Origin: a virus
Taxonomy: Duplodnaviria; Caudoviricetes
DNA: 64,000 bases
Direction: 5' to 3' (one strand)
IMG/VR virus record: IMGVR_UViG_3300029305_003110
Location: 1-64,000 of that record
The translations under genes and the position numbers were made by a program. Below the pieces are notes generated by a model, which saw only the letters and a list, made by a program, of their open reading frames with translations, was not told the DNA's origin and ran no database searches. Shown piece by piece: positions 63,369 to 64,000 of the stretch. The stretch's first letter is position 1. Each line of letters opens with the position of its first letter.

Positions 63369-63725
63369 ATGAATATAGAAAATGTTACGGAATTAAAATT
63401 AGACCAAAATGAAAATTGTTTTACAACTGTACGTCAGCATTATAATGATACATATTATGGAATACGTGTTCCAAAAATAATGCCAATGTTATTGCCTACA
63501 GCAAATAAAGTGTTTAATAAGAATATTATAATAAATGACTCTGCATGCAAACCCCAAATTAGCAATTCTATACGAACCCAACAACATATAACAATACGCC
63601 GTTCTGCAAATTGTAGTTTAGCACATAAAGCAGATAAATATGGATATGTGTCTGAAAATACCCCAGTAACATGTACATGTTTAAATGGTAATATTAAAAA
63701 TCTCGTATTAACAGATTGCTTCTGA
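63369..63725 (+). CDS. Hypothetical protein, possibly structural
   Basis: 118-aa ORF, AGGAG RBS. Confidence 0.65.
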   Translation: MNIENVTELKLDQNENCFTTVRQHYNDTYYGIRVPKIMPMLLPTANKVFNKNIIINDSACKPQISNSIRTQQHITIRRSANCSLAHKADKYGYVSENTPVTCTCLNGNIKNLVLTDCF

Positions 63726-63755
63726 TTATAATAAAGAATGAGGTGAACTTAATAA

Positions 63756-64000
63756 ATGGCAGCTAAATTAAATTCAGTAAATACACTGTCAGAATTTGCA
63801 TCATATGCTAATAAATTAGATTTATCCCACGAGAAGATGCATTTACAATCAAAATTAAATTTTAATGATTACAATATTATACTAAATAGCACATCTTTAC
63901 CAAATAAATATTGGGATTATATATTAGATACAACGTATAAAACTACATTATCCGATGTCGATCTTATACATTATCGATATCAACCAAAATTATATTGTTT
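63756..64000 (+). CDS. N-terminal part of a possible baseplate-wedge-like protein, truncated by the window end
   Basis: GAGGTG RBS; open frame MAAKLNSVNTL...YRYQPKLYC; the function is a weak guess. Confidence 0.45.
   Translation, partial: MAAKLNSVNTLSEFASYANKLDLSHEKMHLQSKLNFNDYNIILNSTSLPNKYWDYILDTTYKTTLSDVDLIHYRYQPKLYC

Overview
A very AT-rich segment of a jumbo phage genome of the AR9/PBS1/phiKZ-like type. The host is probably a spore-forming Firmicute (AGGAGG RBSs, a Spo0A C-terminal-domain gene). Most genes are on the minus strand. Core genes: four split multisubunit RNA polymerase subunits from two different RNAPs, GyrA/GyrB-type topoisomerase, NAD-dependent ligase, SbcC/Rad50, RecA, two helicases, a tubulin/FtsZ-family protein and a DHH phosphoesterase. 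Four group I introns, two with HNH endonucleases, interrupt two RNAP beta genes and gyrA; I assigned splice sites from P1/P10 pairing and restored protein motifs. About 22-40 kb is an accessory region of small, often Cys-rich ORFs. The standout feature is a ~1.3 kb non-coding array at 9106-10397: about 36 units of 36 nt, each made of two alternating ~9-nt repeats separated by ~9-nt variable spacers, bracketed by hairpins. This matches the dual-repeat TIGR guide-RNA array architecture, but I see no Tas/Nop-domain gene in the window. All calls were made by eye; no database searches were run.
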